From: a virus
Taxonomy: Duplodnaviria; Caudoviricetes
Strand: one strand, 5' to 3'
Virus record (IMG/VR): IMGVR_UViG_3300022719_000274
Coordinates: 1 to 34,280 of that record
Length of the DNA: 34,280 bases
Shown: positions 1 to 8,300 of the stretch, one piece after another
Layout of the letters: every line of letters starts with the position of its first letter
How positions within the stretch are numbered: the first letter of the stretch is position 1
The notes under the pieces: model-generated
What the model saw: only the letters and a program-made list of their open reading frames with translations
What the model was told of the DNA's origin: nothing
Database searches by the model: none
Program-made: the position numbers and the translations under genes

Positions 1-19
1 AGAGCTTGATGAGGCATGC

Positions 20-127
20 GGTGGTCTACTGCTGGCTACTGGTGGTCTACTGCTGGCTACTGGTGGTCTACTGCTGGCTACTGGTGGTCTACTGCTGGCT
101 ACTGGTGGTCTACTGCTGGCTACTGGT
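20..127. repeat. Tandem repeat, 5 x 21 bp (GGTGGTCTACTGCTGGCTACT)
   Basis: Five identical head-to-tail units start at 20, 41, 62, 83 and 104, with no spacers. The position is downstream of the terminase, where T7-like genomes carry short terminal tandem repeats. Confidence 0.95.
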
Positions 128-226
128 AGAGTCCTCATAGGAGAGTCCTAGGTAGTAGTTCTAGGAGTACTCTATGAGTTCTCTTAGAGTACACCAAGCA
201 GTTCTATGGCTGACTTCTGGTAGGCT

Positions 227-248
227 ACTGGCACACTGTAGGAGAACC
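227..248 (+). promoter_or_regulatory. Candidate phage RNA polymerase promoter (ACTGGCACACTGTAGGAGAACC)
   Basis: Matches the motif at 21925-21946 at 16/22 positions. The CACTnnAGG core resembles T7/SP6 CACTATAG. Confidence 0.4.
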
Positions 249-301
249 ACGGAGAAGCTGTAGCTTACCATAGGCCTACCAGTGGTTCTCTGGTTCCATG
301 G

Positions 302-412
302 GCTCAGGGTGCCCCCCCTACCCCCCCACACTCCAGCGAGGGGATAGCGTCTCAGCCGAAGCTCGAGACCTCATGCGAGGAGCTTGTGGGGGGCAGGGGG
401 AGCACTCTGAGC
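302..412. repeat. Long imperfect inverted repeat / stem-loop (about 110 nt)
   Basis: GCTCAGGGTGCCCCCCCTACCCCCCCACA (302-330) pairs with TGTGGGGGGCAGGGGGAGCACTCTGAGC (385-412). There is an inner hairpin GTCTC-AGC-CGAA-GCT-C-GAGAC at 349-369. Confidence 0.8.
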
Positions 413-477
413 AGGCTCAGGTATGCCCCAGGCTGCTGGCCGTCCAACCGGTCGCAGCGCCCGACCCGGAAAACGTA

Positions 478-499
478 GGTCTTCCTGGAGTACCCCAGT
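478..499 (-). promoter_or_regulatory. Candidate phage RNA polymerase promoter, phiOR-like position (ACTGGGGTACTCCAGGAAGACC)
   Basis: Shares the exact 14-mer ACTCCAGGAAGACC with the intergenic site at 21925-21938. It is non-coding and points toward the terminal repeats. Confidence 0.5.
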
Positions 500-584
500 G
501 CCGTAAGTGCTGCTGGGAGCGGGACTTACAAGTTCTCGGGATTGGGGGGTGGCCCCGGACGGCAGATGGGGGTACCATGAGGGC

Positions 585-950
585 ATGCAGTTCGAACTCG
601 ATGCCGACCGCCGGTCGTGGGTCTTGACCACCGTGATGGGCAAGAACCGCACGCGCCGCTACTACTCCCGCCTCGAGCAGGCTCTGAGCGCCTTGGCCGA
701 TCAGATGCCGCGCACCAGCGCCCCTTACCGGGACCTGGAGACGCTCCGGAGGGAACTCAGAGGCGCCCATGAGACGCTCCGCAAGGAGGCCCGGGAGTGG
801 ACGAAAGAGCTCTACAAGACCCCCGCGGCCGAGAGTCTGCCGAAGCTGACCTTGAAGCCGACCTCCCCGGGGAAGATCAACGCCGGCGGAGACGACGGCG
901 TGCGCTCGTCTTCCGGACGCCGTAGGAAGCAAAGTGGCTCGGGCGGCTGA
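585..950 (+). CDS. Hypothetical protein (121 aa), the only credible plus-strand gene
   Basis: ATG at 585 follows GAGGG. Third codon positions are GC-rich, the protein looks natural (MQFELDADRRSWVLT...RYYSRLEQALSALAD), and most of it does not overlap a minus-strand gene. Confidence 0.65.
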   Translation: MQFELDADRRSWVLTTVMGKNRTRRYYSRLEQALSALADQMPRTSAPYRDLETLRRELRGAHETLRKEAREWTKELYKTPAAESLPKLTLKPTSPGKINAGGDDGVRSSSGRRRKQSGSGG

Positions 951-2907
951 CTCGGGGCGTCCCGCCCAGCGGCCCGCTGATCTGGTGCTCCAGGTGGCGC
1001 TTGAAGCGTGCCTGGCGGATGCGCTCGCGGCGATCATGGGCCGCCTGATCTACGTTCCGCGCCATGCGGTCCGTCCAGTACTCGACCGCGCCCGCCAGCG
1101 CGTCCAGGCGGTCATCGTGGGCGAGGCAACCCCGCTCCAGGGTGATCCGAGTGAGCTGGTGGAACAGCTGGTAGCTCGAGGCACGGTCGCCGAGGGCCTG
1201 ATCTACCTGGGCGTCTCGTTCGACGACCCGGCGGTCGACGATGAGCCGGTGCTGGTTCATCACCGGCTCGAGAGTCTCGATGATGCGCCGCTCCTTCTGG
1301 ACGCTCCCACGCCGAACCTCCTCGATCGTGCAAGGGTAGAGCCGGTTCAGGACCGGCCTCAGGAGCTGCGCGAACATCCCCTGCCCGAAGTTGTTCTCAA
1401 CCAGAATCCGGTGGCACCCATGAGCCTTGGCCGTCTTCGCGATGTCCTGCAGCACTGCGTCTTCGTACCCAGCGGAGATGCCGAGACCCTTCACCTCGGC
1501 CGCGAACAGCTGTCCGTGGAGCATCTTGACGACAGCGAGGGCGGTCTCGTCGCTGCCCTTCCCGCTGGGATCGACGAACATGACCGAGCCCTCGTATGGA
1601 GCCAGCTCATCCGAGAGGGACATCGGCCGGTGGTAGCGGTCACCGTCGAAACCGACGCAGGGCAGCTCCTGGATCTCGAGGTCTGGACCGCGGGCCCAGA
1701 CGAGCCGGCTCGGCGCGACCTCCGGGTCCAGGTCCTGCACGATCAGGTCGGAGAGCTTCAGAGGGTAGCGGTTCGCGTCGCTCAGACGGGTGTCGAGCAT
1801 GTACTGCAGCGCGAAGCCGCTCCGCCCCCAGGACGCCTCCCGGGCCAGCAGGTCGTCGTCCGGGAACCGCAGGGGGTCGGTGGGGGTTCCGTGGATGCTG
1901 GGGTCTCGAACCAGGTCCCGGACGATCATGGGGCTCAGCTGGGCGAACCAGCCCCCCGCCGCCGCCTGAATGCGCAGCCCAAGCTCTCGAGCGATCCCCG
2001 GACTCGGGCTCTCCAGTCGATCGAGCTGAGGACTCGAGCTCGGTACTCCGGGGACCCCAACGGCTCCAAGAGGCTCCCCTCGGCCGGCAACAAGACCCTC
2101 GCGGACCCCGATCTCGAGCGCCGAGTCCGCGACGGGACCATCCGCCGGTGAGTCGCTGGGGGGAAGTTGGTGGGAAGATGGGCCTCCCTTGGCTACCCCC
2201 CGGCCGACCCTCTGGACCGCCTCAGGGGGAAGTTGGGGGTACCTTGCGGGCCAGATGCGCACCCGATAGCCCCTCTCCGGGAGGTCGTTGTAGATCGACT
2301 CCTCCGTCTGGGGCGTCCCGAGGTAGACGATCCGCCCGCCGGGGCTGAGGACCGCATCGAACTGCCGGATGGCCTGCCGGAGCCGCTCGCGGCCGCCCTG
2401 GGTAGCGGCGTTGTTGTCGGTCTCGACGTCGTCAGCGATGATCAGGTCGGCGCGGGAGCCTACGATCTGGCCGAAGATGCCGACCGACTTCACGGAGGGC
2501 TGCTTCGCCGGTGTCGCGGGACGGACGTCGAAAGCGATCCGGGACTGCCGCTGGTCCCCTTCGGGGATCAGGTGGCGGGTCTCCGGCATGAGTTCGAGGA
2601 GTTCGAGCAGGAAGGTCGTCATGTCCGACGCGGCGGTCTTCGACGCAGAGACGATCAGGATCTTCAGTTGAGGGTTCAGCATCAGCTGATGGACGGCGAA
2701 CGCCACGAGAATCCAGCTCTTTCCCATGCCCCGGAAGGCCTCGCCCATGAGGCGGTTGTTGGGGGCCCGTGTGCAGGGCACCGTGGGGTCCGGGCCGCGG
2801 TCGATGAACCGGGAGAAGTCCACCTGGACCGGCGTGGGCTGGGGCAGGCCGAGGCGTTTCCACGCTAGCCAGAGGAACTTGCGGAAGTCCTTCAGCTCAG
2901 TCGTCAT
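877..2907 (-). CDS. terL: Terminase large subunit (T7 gp19-like) with an insertion of about 95 aa
   Basis: Walker A AFRGMGKSW, Walker B IIADDVE, LGTPQTEESIY, nuclease motifs VDPSGKGSDET and HDDRLDALA. Confidence 0.97.
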   Translation of the reverse strand: MTTELKDFRKFLWLAWKRLGLPQPTPVQVDFSRFIDRGPDPTVPCTRAPNNRLMGEAFRGMGKSWILVAFAVHQLMLNPQLKILIVSASKTAASDMTTFLLELLELMPETRHLIPEGDQRQSRIAFDVRPATPAKQPSVKSVGIFGQIVGSRADLIIADDVETDNNAATQGGRERLRQAIRQFDAVLSPGGRIVYLGTPQTEESIYNDLPERGYRVRIWPARYPQLPPEAVQRVGRGVAKGGPSSHQLPPSDSPADGPVADSALEIGVREGLVAGRGEPLGAVGVPGVPSSSPQLDRLESPSPGIARELGLRIQAAAGGWFAQLSPMIVRDLVRDPSIHGTPTDPLRFPDDDLLAREASWGRSGFALQYMLDTRLSDANRYPLKLSDLIVQDLDPEVAPSRLVWARGPDLEIQELPCVGFDGDRYHRPMSLSDELAPYEGSVMFVDPSGKGSDETALAVVKMLHGQLFAAEVKGLGISAGYEDAVLQDIAKTAKAHGCHRILVENNFGQGMFAQLLRPVLNRLYPCTIEEVRRGSVQKERRIIETLEPVMNQHRLIVDRRVVERDAQVDQALGDRASSYQLFHQLTRITLERGCLAHDDRLDALAGAVEYWTDRMARNVDQAAHDRRERIRQARFKRHLEHQISGPLGGTPRVSRPSHFASYGVRKTSARRRLRRR

Positions 2908-3133
2908 CGAAGTTCTCGTACTCGGGCATCTCGTTCGTGATGGGGTCGGCTTCGATGCCGGTCCCTTCGTCCCGCACGTCGTTGTCCGCGAGCATCTGCC
3001 GGCACTCGCGCAGGAGGGCGGCCGGCACGGGCTCGTTGCTGTCGAGGTAGCGCTGGACGTCCTGCTGCATTGCGCGCATGAGCGTGTCGCGCAGCTTGAC
3101 GAAGTCCTCGGACGGTCTCCCTACCCTCATCAT
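2897..3133 (-). CDS. terS: Terminase small subunit (T7 gp18-like)
   Basis: 78-aa helical protein overlapping the terL start, with a PAALLRECRQMLADNDV segment and an acidic tail. The call rests mainly on synteny. Confidence 0.7.
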   Translation of the reverse strand: MMRVGRPSEDFVKLRDTLMRAMQQDVQRYLDSNEPVPAALLRECRQMLADNDVRDEGTGIEADPITNEMPEYENFDDD

Positions 3134-3442
3134 CTACTCCAGGAGGTAAGCGTTCATGGCGCCGAAGGACAGCGACGTGAGGTTCAGTCGCATCTGCGGC
3201 ATGTTCTTGTTGACGCTGATGAGCGCCGTCTTGTTGATGACGATGTCGGACTCCGTGGCGGTGTCCAGCACCTGCCAGGGGGCGTCCGAGTCGGATCGGC
3301 CCTGGATCTCAAGAGTCCAGGCGGCGACCGCCGAACTCACTGCGATCTGCACGAGTCCGGACTCGTCGCGGCGCTGCTGAAGCTCCACGACCGACGACGT
3401 GAAGGGGGCCGTGGCCAGGCTGAGCAGTTGATGGACCTTCAC
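3134..3442 (-). CDS. Small beta-rich hypothetical protein, paralog 3 of 3
   Basis: RDESG, IQGRSDSDAPW and KNMPQMR motifs are shared with the two upstream ORFs. Confidence 0.85.
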   Translation of the reverse strand: MKVHQLLSLATAPFTSSVVELQQRRDESGLVQIAVSSAVAAWTLEIQGRSDSDAPWQVLDTATESDIVINKTALISVNKNMPQMRLNLTSLSFGAMNAYLLE

Positions 3443-3445
3443 CGG

Positions 3446-3793
3446 TCACTCTCCGATCCACACCTTGACGCCGGAGGCGGACCCGTTGTAGGTCTGTAGA
3501 CGCAGACGCATCTCGGGCCACATCTTCATTGTCTTGAAGGCGCTGTTGTTGCTGCCTAGGTCGCCGGCGGTGATCGTTGTGACCTGGGTCCAGGCCGGCG
3601 CGTCGGTGTCTCCGTCGTTCTGGGTCTGCGGGCGCCCCTCGACATGTAGGAGGACCGAGCTCGCGCCGCCGAGGTCCTCGAGCTGAACCCAGCCCGCTTC
3701 GTCGCGGACATGTTGGGGGCGGATGATGGTGCCGGTGGCTCCGGCGATGACGCCGTCCATACTGAGTTCGTCGGGGTTCCAGACTCTTGACAT
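3446..3793 (-). CDS. Small beta-rich hypothetical protein, paralog 2 of 3
   Basis: RDEAG, VEGR...DAPAW and KMWPEMR motifs. GAGG RBS upstream. Confidence 0.85.
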   Translation of the reverse strand: MSRVWNPDELSMDGVIAGATGTIIRPQHVRDEAGWVQLEDLGGASSVLLHVEGRPQTQNDGDTDAPAWTQVTTITAGDLGSNNSAFKTMKMWPEMRLRLQTYNGSASGVKVWIGE

Positions 3794-3803
3794 GGCGGCC
3801 TCC

Positions 3804-4127
3804 TCAGCCGATCAGGTACGCGAGCAGCTTGCCGCTGGCTCCGTTGAAGTTGTCGACGTTGATTCGCATCTGCGGCATGGTCTTCATCGTGAGCCATGCG
3901 GTTCCGTTGATGTTCGAGATGAAGTCGGTGTTGGTCAGCTGAGCGATCCGGTGCCACGGGGCGGAGCTGTCCGAGCGCCCCTCGATGCTGATGTCGCGCG
4001 TGCTGGCTCCGGTCTGGTCCTCGACGTAGAGGATGCCGGCTTCGTCTCGCGTCTGCGGCAGGTCTACCTTGGACGAGGCCCCGGTGTAGCTCGAGGTGCG
4101 GTTGACGAGTTCGTAGGCGACGGCCAT
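3804..4127 (-). CDS. Small beta-rich hypothetical protein, paralog 1 of 3
   Basis: RDEAG, IEGRSDSSAPW and KTMPQMR motifs. Confidence 0.85.
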   Translation of the reverse strand: MAVAYELVNRTSSYTGASSKVDLPQTRDEAGILYVEDQTGASTRDISIEGRSDSSAPWHRIAQLTNTDFISNINGTAWLTMKTMPQMRINVDNFNGASGKLLAYLIG

Positions 4128-4130
4128 GGG

Positions 4131-4331
4131 TCAGTCCTTGTTGGGAGCCAGGTGGAGGTGGCTGAGGACCCAGGAGATCGCGGCGCCGAGCACCAGGCCC
4201 ACGCCGTAGAAGATCTGCTTGGACCTCTCGAGCGACCGGAGGCGTTGCTCGTGGTCGCTGGCGGTCTCGATGATGGTGTCCAGCTTCGTCTCCATCCGCG
4301 AAAGCGTTGTTGCGAGGTCTCGTCGATCCAT
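4131..4331 (-). CDS. Coiled-coil plus single-TM membrane protein, holin/XhlA-like
   Basis: Heptad segment METKLDTI...HEQRLRSLE followed by hydrophobic IFYGVGLVLGAAISWVL. Occupies the T7 gp17.5 slot and overlaps the tail fibre stop (TGATG). Confidence 0.6.
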   Translation of the reverse strand: MDRRDLATTLSRMETKLDTIIETASDHEQRLRSLERSKQIFYGVGLVLGAAISWVLSHLHLAPNKD

Positions 4332-5389
4332 CAGGCGAGCCTCCGGATGCTAATGTAGCCCGAGCGGACCGTGATGTCGCCTGAGCCGCCGATGCGCCGA
4401 GCATGGAACTGGTAGGAGCTTGTTGAGCCTACGGTGACGATCGCGGTCAGCGGGATCGTGACGATCTGGGCGTCATCGAGGTCCAGTAGGGTTGACGGGA
4501 CGCCGGTGCTCGGGCTCAAGAACGCCGGAGCGGTGTCGGTGAAGCCGCACTCGATCTGAGCCGTAATCGCGCTGGCGCTCTCGACCATCAGCATGGCGGT
4601 GAACTCGTAGGTGCCGGGCTCCAGGTCGAACTCGTCGTTCGCATCGTCGACCGACATGGCGTTGTCGGCATCCGCCGCCTCGACGGTCGTAATTCCGATG
4701 GACCGCTTGGTGGGTGCTCCGAGCGACGCCGTACTGATGACGAGGCCGGCATCGTCGATAGAGACGTACATGAGGCCCCGAGCGTTGTCAGCCTCATCCT
4801 GGAGCGTCGTGATATCACCGGCGGCGTCCGTGGGCAGCGACAGGCGCGTCTTGGTTTCGGCCAGCGTCTGGAGTGCCCAGGCTCCGGAGACGACCGAGAG
4901 GAAGCCGTCGTTGTCGGCGCCGCTCACCGTAGGAAGCGACCCGGCGGCGATGGTGAGGGCGTCGGCGTAGGCCTTCGTGACGACGTCCTGCGACTTCACC
5001 GGATCGAGAACGTCCTCGATGAGCTTCGAGCCCGCCGTGAAGTGCCCGTCGCCATCCAGCTGCTCGCGAAGGCTGCGCTCGAGGGCCTCCTGGGCGACGA
5101 AGAGCTGCTGCTTGACGCTGTTGTCGAGATCGGTCTCGGAGAGCGTCGAGCCGTCCGTGAAGTCGACCAGTAGCCCAGACACAGTTCGCGGCGTATCGCG
5201 ATATATGAAGATCGTTTCGCCGCCGGCGATCGTGGGCGTCGAGATGGTCAGCGTCGAGCCGCTGATCGTGAACGTCGCAGTGACTCCGTCGACCACGCAC
5301 TTGACGTGCGACTGCTTCAGGAAGTTGAAGGTGATCGTGTAGGCCTGTTGAGCGGCGACACCGGTGTAGGAGACACTCGAATCTGCCAT
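4331..5389 (-). CDS. Tail fibre protein (T7 gp17-like N-terminal anchor), short
   Basis: YTG...YTITFNFL..SHVK, RDTP, LVDFTDGSTL...DLD...QQLFVAQE. The C-terminal domain is beta-rich (LEPGTYEF...ISIRRL). Confidence 0.9.
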   Translation of the reverse strand: MADSSVSYTGVAAQQAYTITFNFLKQSHVKCVVDGVTATFTISGSTLTISTPTIAGGETIFIYRDTPRTVSGLLVDFTDGSTLSETDLDNSVKQQLFVAQEALERSLREQLDGDGHFTAGSKLIEDVLDPVKSQDVVTKAYADALTIAAGSLPTVSGADNDGFLSVVSGAWALQTLAETKTRLSLPTDAAGDITTLQDEADNARGLMYVSIDDAGLVISTASLGAPTKRSIGITTVEAADADNAMSVDDANDEFDLEPGTYEFTAMLMVESASAITAQIECGFTDTAPAFLSPSTGVPSTLLDLDDAQIVTIPLTAIVTVGSTSSYQFHARRIGGSGDITVRSGYISIRRLA

Positions 5390-5395
5390 GGGTTC

Positions 5396-8300
5396 CTATC
5401 GCTGAAGGGTCGGGTCCTGGGTGGCGCTCTCGATCGGATCGGGGGAGCCGCGGAGCGCTTCGGCGGCCGTGGAGATCGGCACGCCGAGGAAGCTGGCGCC
5501 CCGCTCGCCGACTTCGGCGGACTGTTCGCGTCGGGCGCGGATGGCGGCTCGTTCCGTCTCAGCGAGCTCGGGGAACTCGCGCATCATCTGGACCTTCGCC
5601 ACGCGGCGGTAGGTGGATACGACCCGGCCGATCGCGGCGGCGCGCGGAGAGTCGAATCCGTTCTGGCTCACCGGCGAGAGTTCTTGGTAGCTCTTGTTGC
5701 GGATCAGCTGACGGAGGGACGAGCGGAGGGACCGCCCGCCGATCTTGACCTTACCGTGGAGCTCGAGCCACCGGTCGTAGGCGTGCCGCCCTTGGTCGTT
5801 CCGGATGGTCCGCAGGTCGACGCCGTAGAGCGACGCGATGGGCGGGTTGAAGCCTCGGTTGAGGTTCACGAGTTCGTCTCGAATCACGTCGTCGCTGGTC
5901 TCTCGGTAGACGATCGGCACGAAGCTGTTCGCCCACTGCCCGACGATGTCGCTGCCCACTGCCTGCGCTCGGGTGATCGGCTCGCCCAGGAGGTTACGCA
6001 TCGGGGGTAGCTCCTCGCTGAGGCCCGGGATGCGCGCCCGGATGTTGTCGAGGACGCCGTTGAGCTCCCGCATCAGCGGGTCACTGCTGCGGGCCGCCTG
6101 GGCGGCCGCGGAGGGCACCGTGAAGCTGCCGGCGAACCTCCCCAGCGTTCTCCGGACCTGGTTCTCGGACCGGCTCGGGTCGAGCAGGAGCGTCAGGTCT
6201 CGGACGCCCGACAGGTAGGTCTTGTTCGTCACGTTGTTGGCCAGCGCGGTGGTCATCCCCAGCACGATCTTCTCGAGCTCCGGCTGGTCGGCCTCGTCGG
6301 CCCAGCGGGCGACCTCCACCACGTCGGCGATCGAGCCCAGGAGGGTGGCGAAGGGGTCGATGCGCCCGTATGCGATGTGCTTGTCCCCGACCTTGATCGA
6401 GTACGGCTGTCCGCCCGCGTCAAGCCACTCCCGGCGCTTCGCGCGGTCGCTGGGGCCTTGGCCCGTCAGGTTGCCGGCGGCGGCCATGGCGAAGCCCCAG
6501 GTCAGGAAGGAGCCGCCGAAGGCGAGACGTCCGACCGCCGAAGACTTGCGGATCGGGTCGTTGCTGAGGGCGTCCTGGACGAGCCGCAGCCGGCTCTGGT
6601 CGAGGTTCCGCGCCAGGGGAGGGAAGGTCGTCGCTCCCAGCAGCTTCGCAAGGCCGACTGCGTCCGCACGCTGTCCCGCGAAGAGGGCGATGTTGGTGGG
6701 CGTCCGGATGAACGGGAACACGAGCCGCAGTGCCGGGTGGCGGTTGACGTACGTCTGGAAGTCGCCCGCCAGGGTGCCGCGCTGTAGGGGCGTCGTGAAG
6801 GTCGCCTCACGGGCTCCTTCGAGCGCCCGGCGGCCGACCGACAGCAGGCGCTCCCACTCAGGCCGCTGGGCTTGCTCGCGGGCCCACTGCTCGGCGAACT
6901 CACGGGCCTGGTTGCCGTCGAGGCCTTGCCGCACCGCCAGGTCCTGCCCGCGGTCCAGCAGCACCGCCATGGCGCTCATCTGGCCCCTCTCCATGAGGGT
7001 CTCCATGCGCTTGTGGGCGGCTGCGGCCGCGTCGGCACCGGCCACCCCCTCGGCGAGCGCATCCTTCATGAACTCTGCGTGGGCGATGGAGCGCGCCCGC
7101 AGCTGCTTGACGAACTCGTCCCCGCTCGTGAGTCCAATGCGGGGCAGCGAGATGGCCCCTCGGAACCACCGCAGCCCGGCTTCGGTGAGCGACTCGCCCT
7201 CCCCGCGGCGCCGGAACTGGCCCTCGGGGTTCAGAGGGTTGAGGTTCCTCAGGCCGATCTGGGGGATCTCGGGGTTGTCGATGGTCCGCATCTGCGGGTC
7301 GAGGATGTTCTCCCCGTCCTTGGCCGCGGCCCAGGACATCTTGAAGGCGTCCGGGATGGCCTTGGCGAGCCCGACGTACTGCCTCACGGCGTCCGTGACG
7401 ACTTCCGAGCGCAGCGTCGCGGCGCCCCCAAGCATCTGCTCGAACGGCAGGTAGACGGACGTGGCAAGGCCGGAGAGACCGTTGACAGCCTGCGTCGTGA
7501 ACCCCGACAGGAGGCTGAACATCCACCACTCGTTGGTGCCGTTGACGAACTTCCGGAAGGTGCTTGAGCGGGTCGCCTTAAGCGCGCCCGCCGCGGCCTC
7601 GCGCTTGTTGCCGCGCGCGGCGGCCTCGATCATCTTCAGCTTCTCGGCGGCCTTGATGAAGGCCTTGCGGCCGCCCTTGGACTGGACCTCCTGGGCCAGG
7701 TCTGCCGCCTCGAGGAGACCGACGGGCAGCCGACGCGCTCGGAAGGCGCGCCCCTGCTCGCTCGCGATGCCCTTCATGGCGGCCGTGAGCTGCACCAGCT
7801 GCTCGCTCTGTCGCCCGAAGTCAGCCATGGCCGCGTCGACGGCGGCCTCGTCGCCGACGGGCGCCTTGAGCACGGCGTCGACGTGCTTGTAGAGGTTGTC
7901 GGTCGCGCTGACCAGGAGCTGATCGTACATGCGCACCCGGGCCCCGATCCGCACGAGAGCATCGAGGTCCTGCTCGGCCAGCGTCGTCGCCCCGTCCGGG
8001 ACGATCCCGCGCTGGAGCTGGACCGCCAGGCGTTCCGGCTCAGCCCCGGCCAGGTCCGCCAGCTCTTGCATGGCTTGCTCCTGGCGCTCCGTCAGCTTCT
8101 GCGGGAGGCCGCCCATGCGCTTGAGCCGCGCGACGTCCTTGGACGCGGCCTGCTCGGCCAGGTCCTCGAAGATCCGGATGGCCGCGAGGGCGCCCTCCTG
8201 CCCGTCGAATCGGGACAGGTTGAGGTCCCGGCGCTCGAGCTCGAGAGCCATCCGCTCCGCCGCGGTGAAGTCACGCGGGTTGGTGCCGGCCGGTGGGGCT

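Noticed and set aside
20-127. Possible mini-CRISPR array
   Set aside because: The units are contiguous and identical with no spacers, and no cas genes are present.
550-578. Sigma70 promoter TGGCCC-N17-TACCAT for the plus-strand gene
   Set aside because: The -35 element is poor and the site is very close to the ATG, so it is not supportable as a feature.
1945-2236. Intein or group I intron in terL
   Set aside because: There is no C/S...HN splice junction or homing-endonuclease motif, the frame is uninterrupted, and I could not recognise group I core elements.
3136-3146. ACTCCAGGAGG promoter-like match on the plus strand
   Set aside because: It lies within the last codons of a gene, is antisense, and lacks the upstream part of the motif, so it is likely chance.
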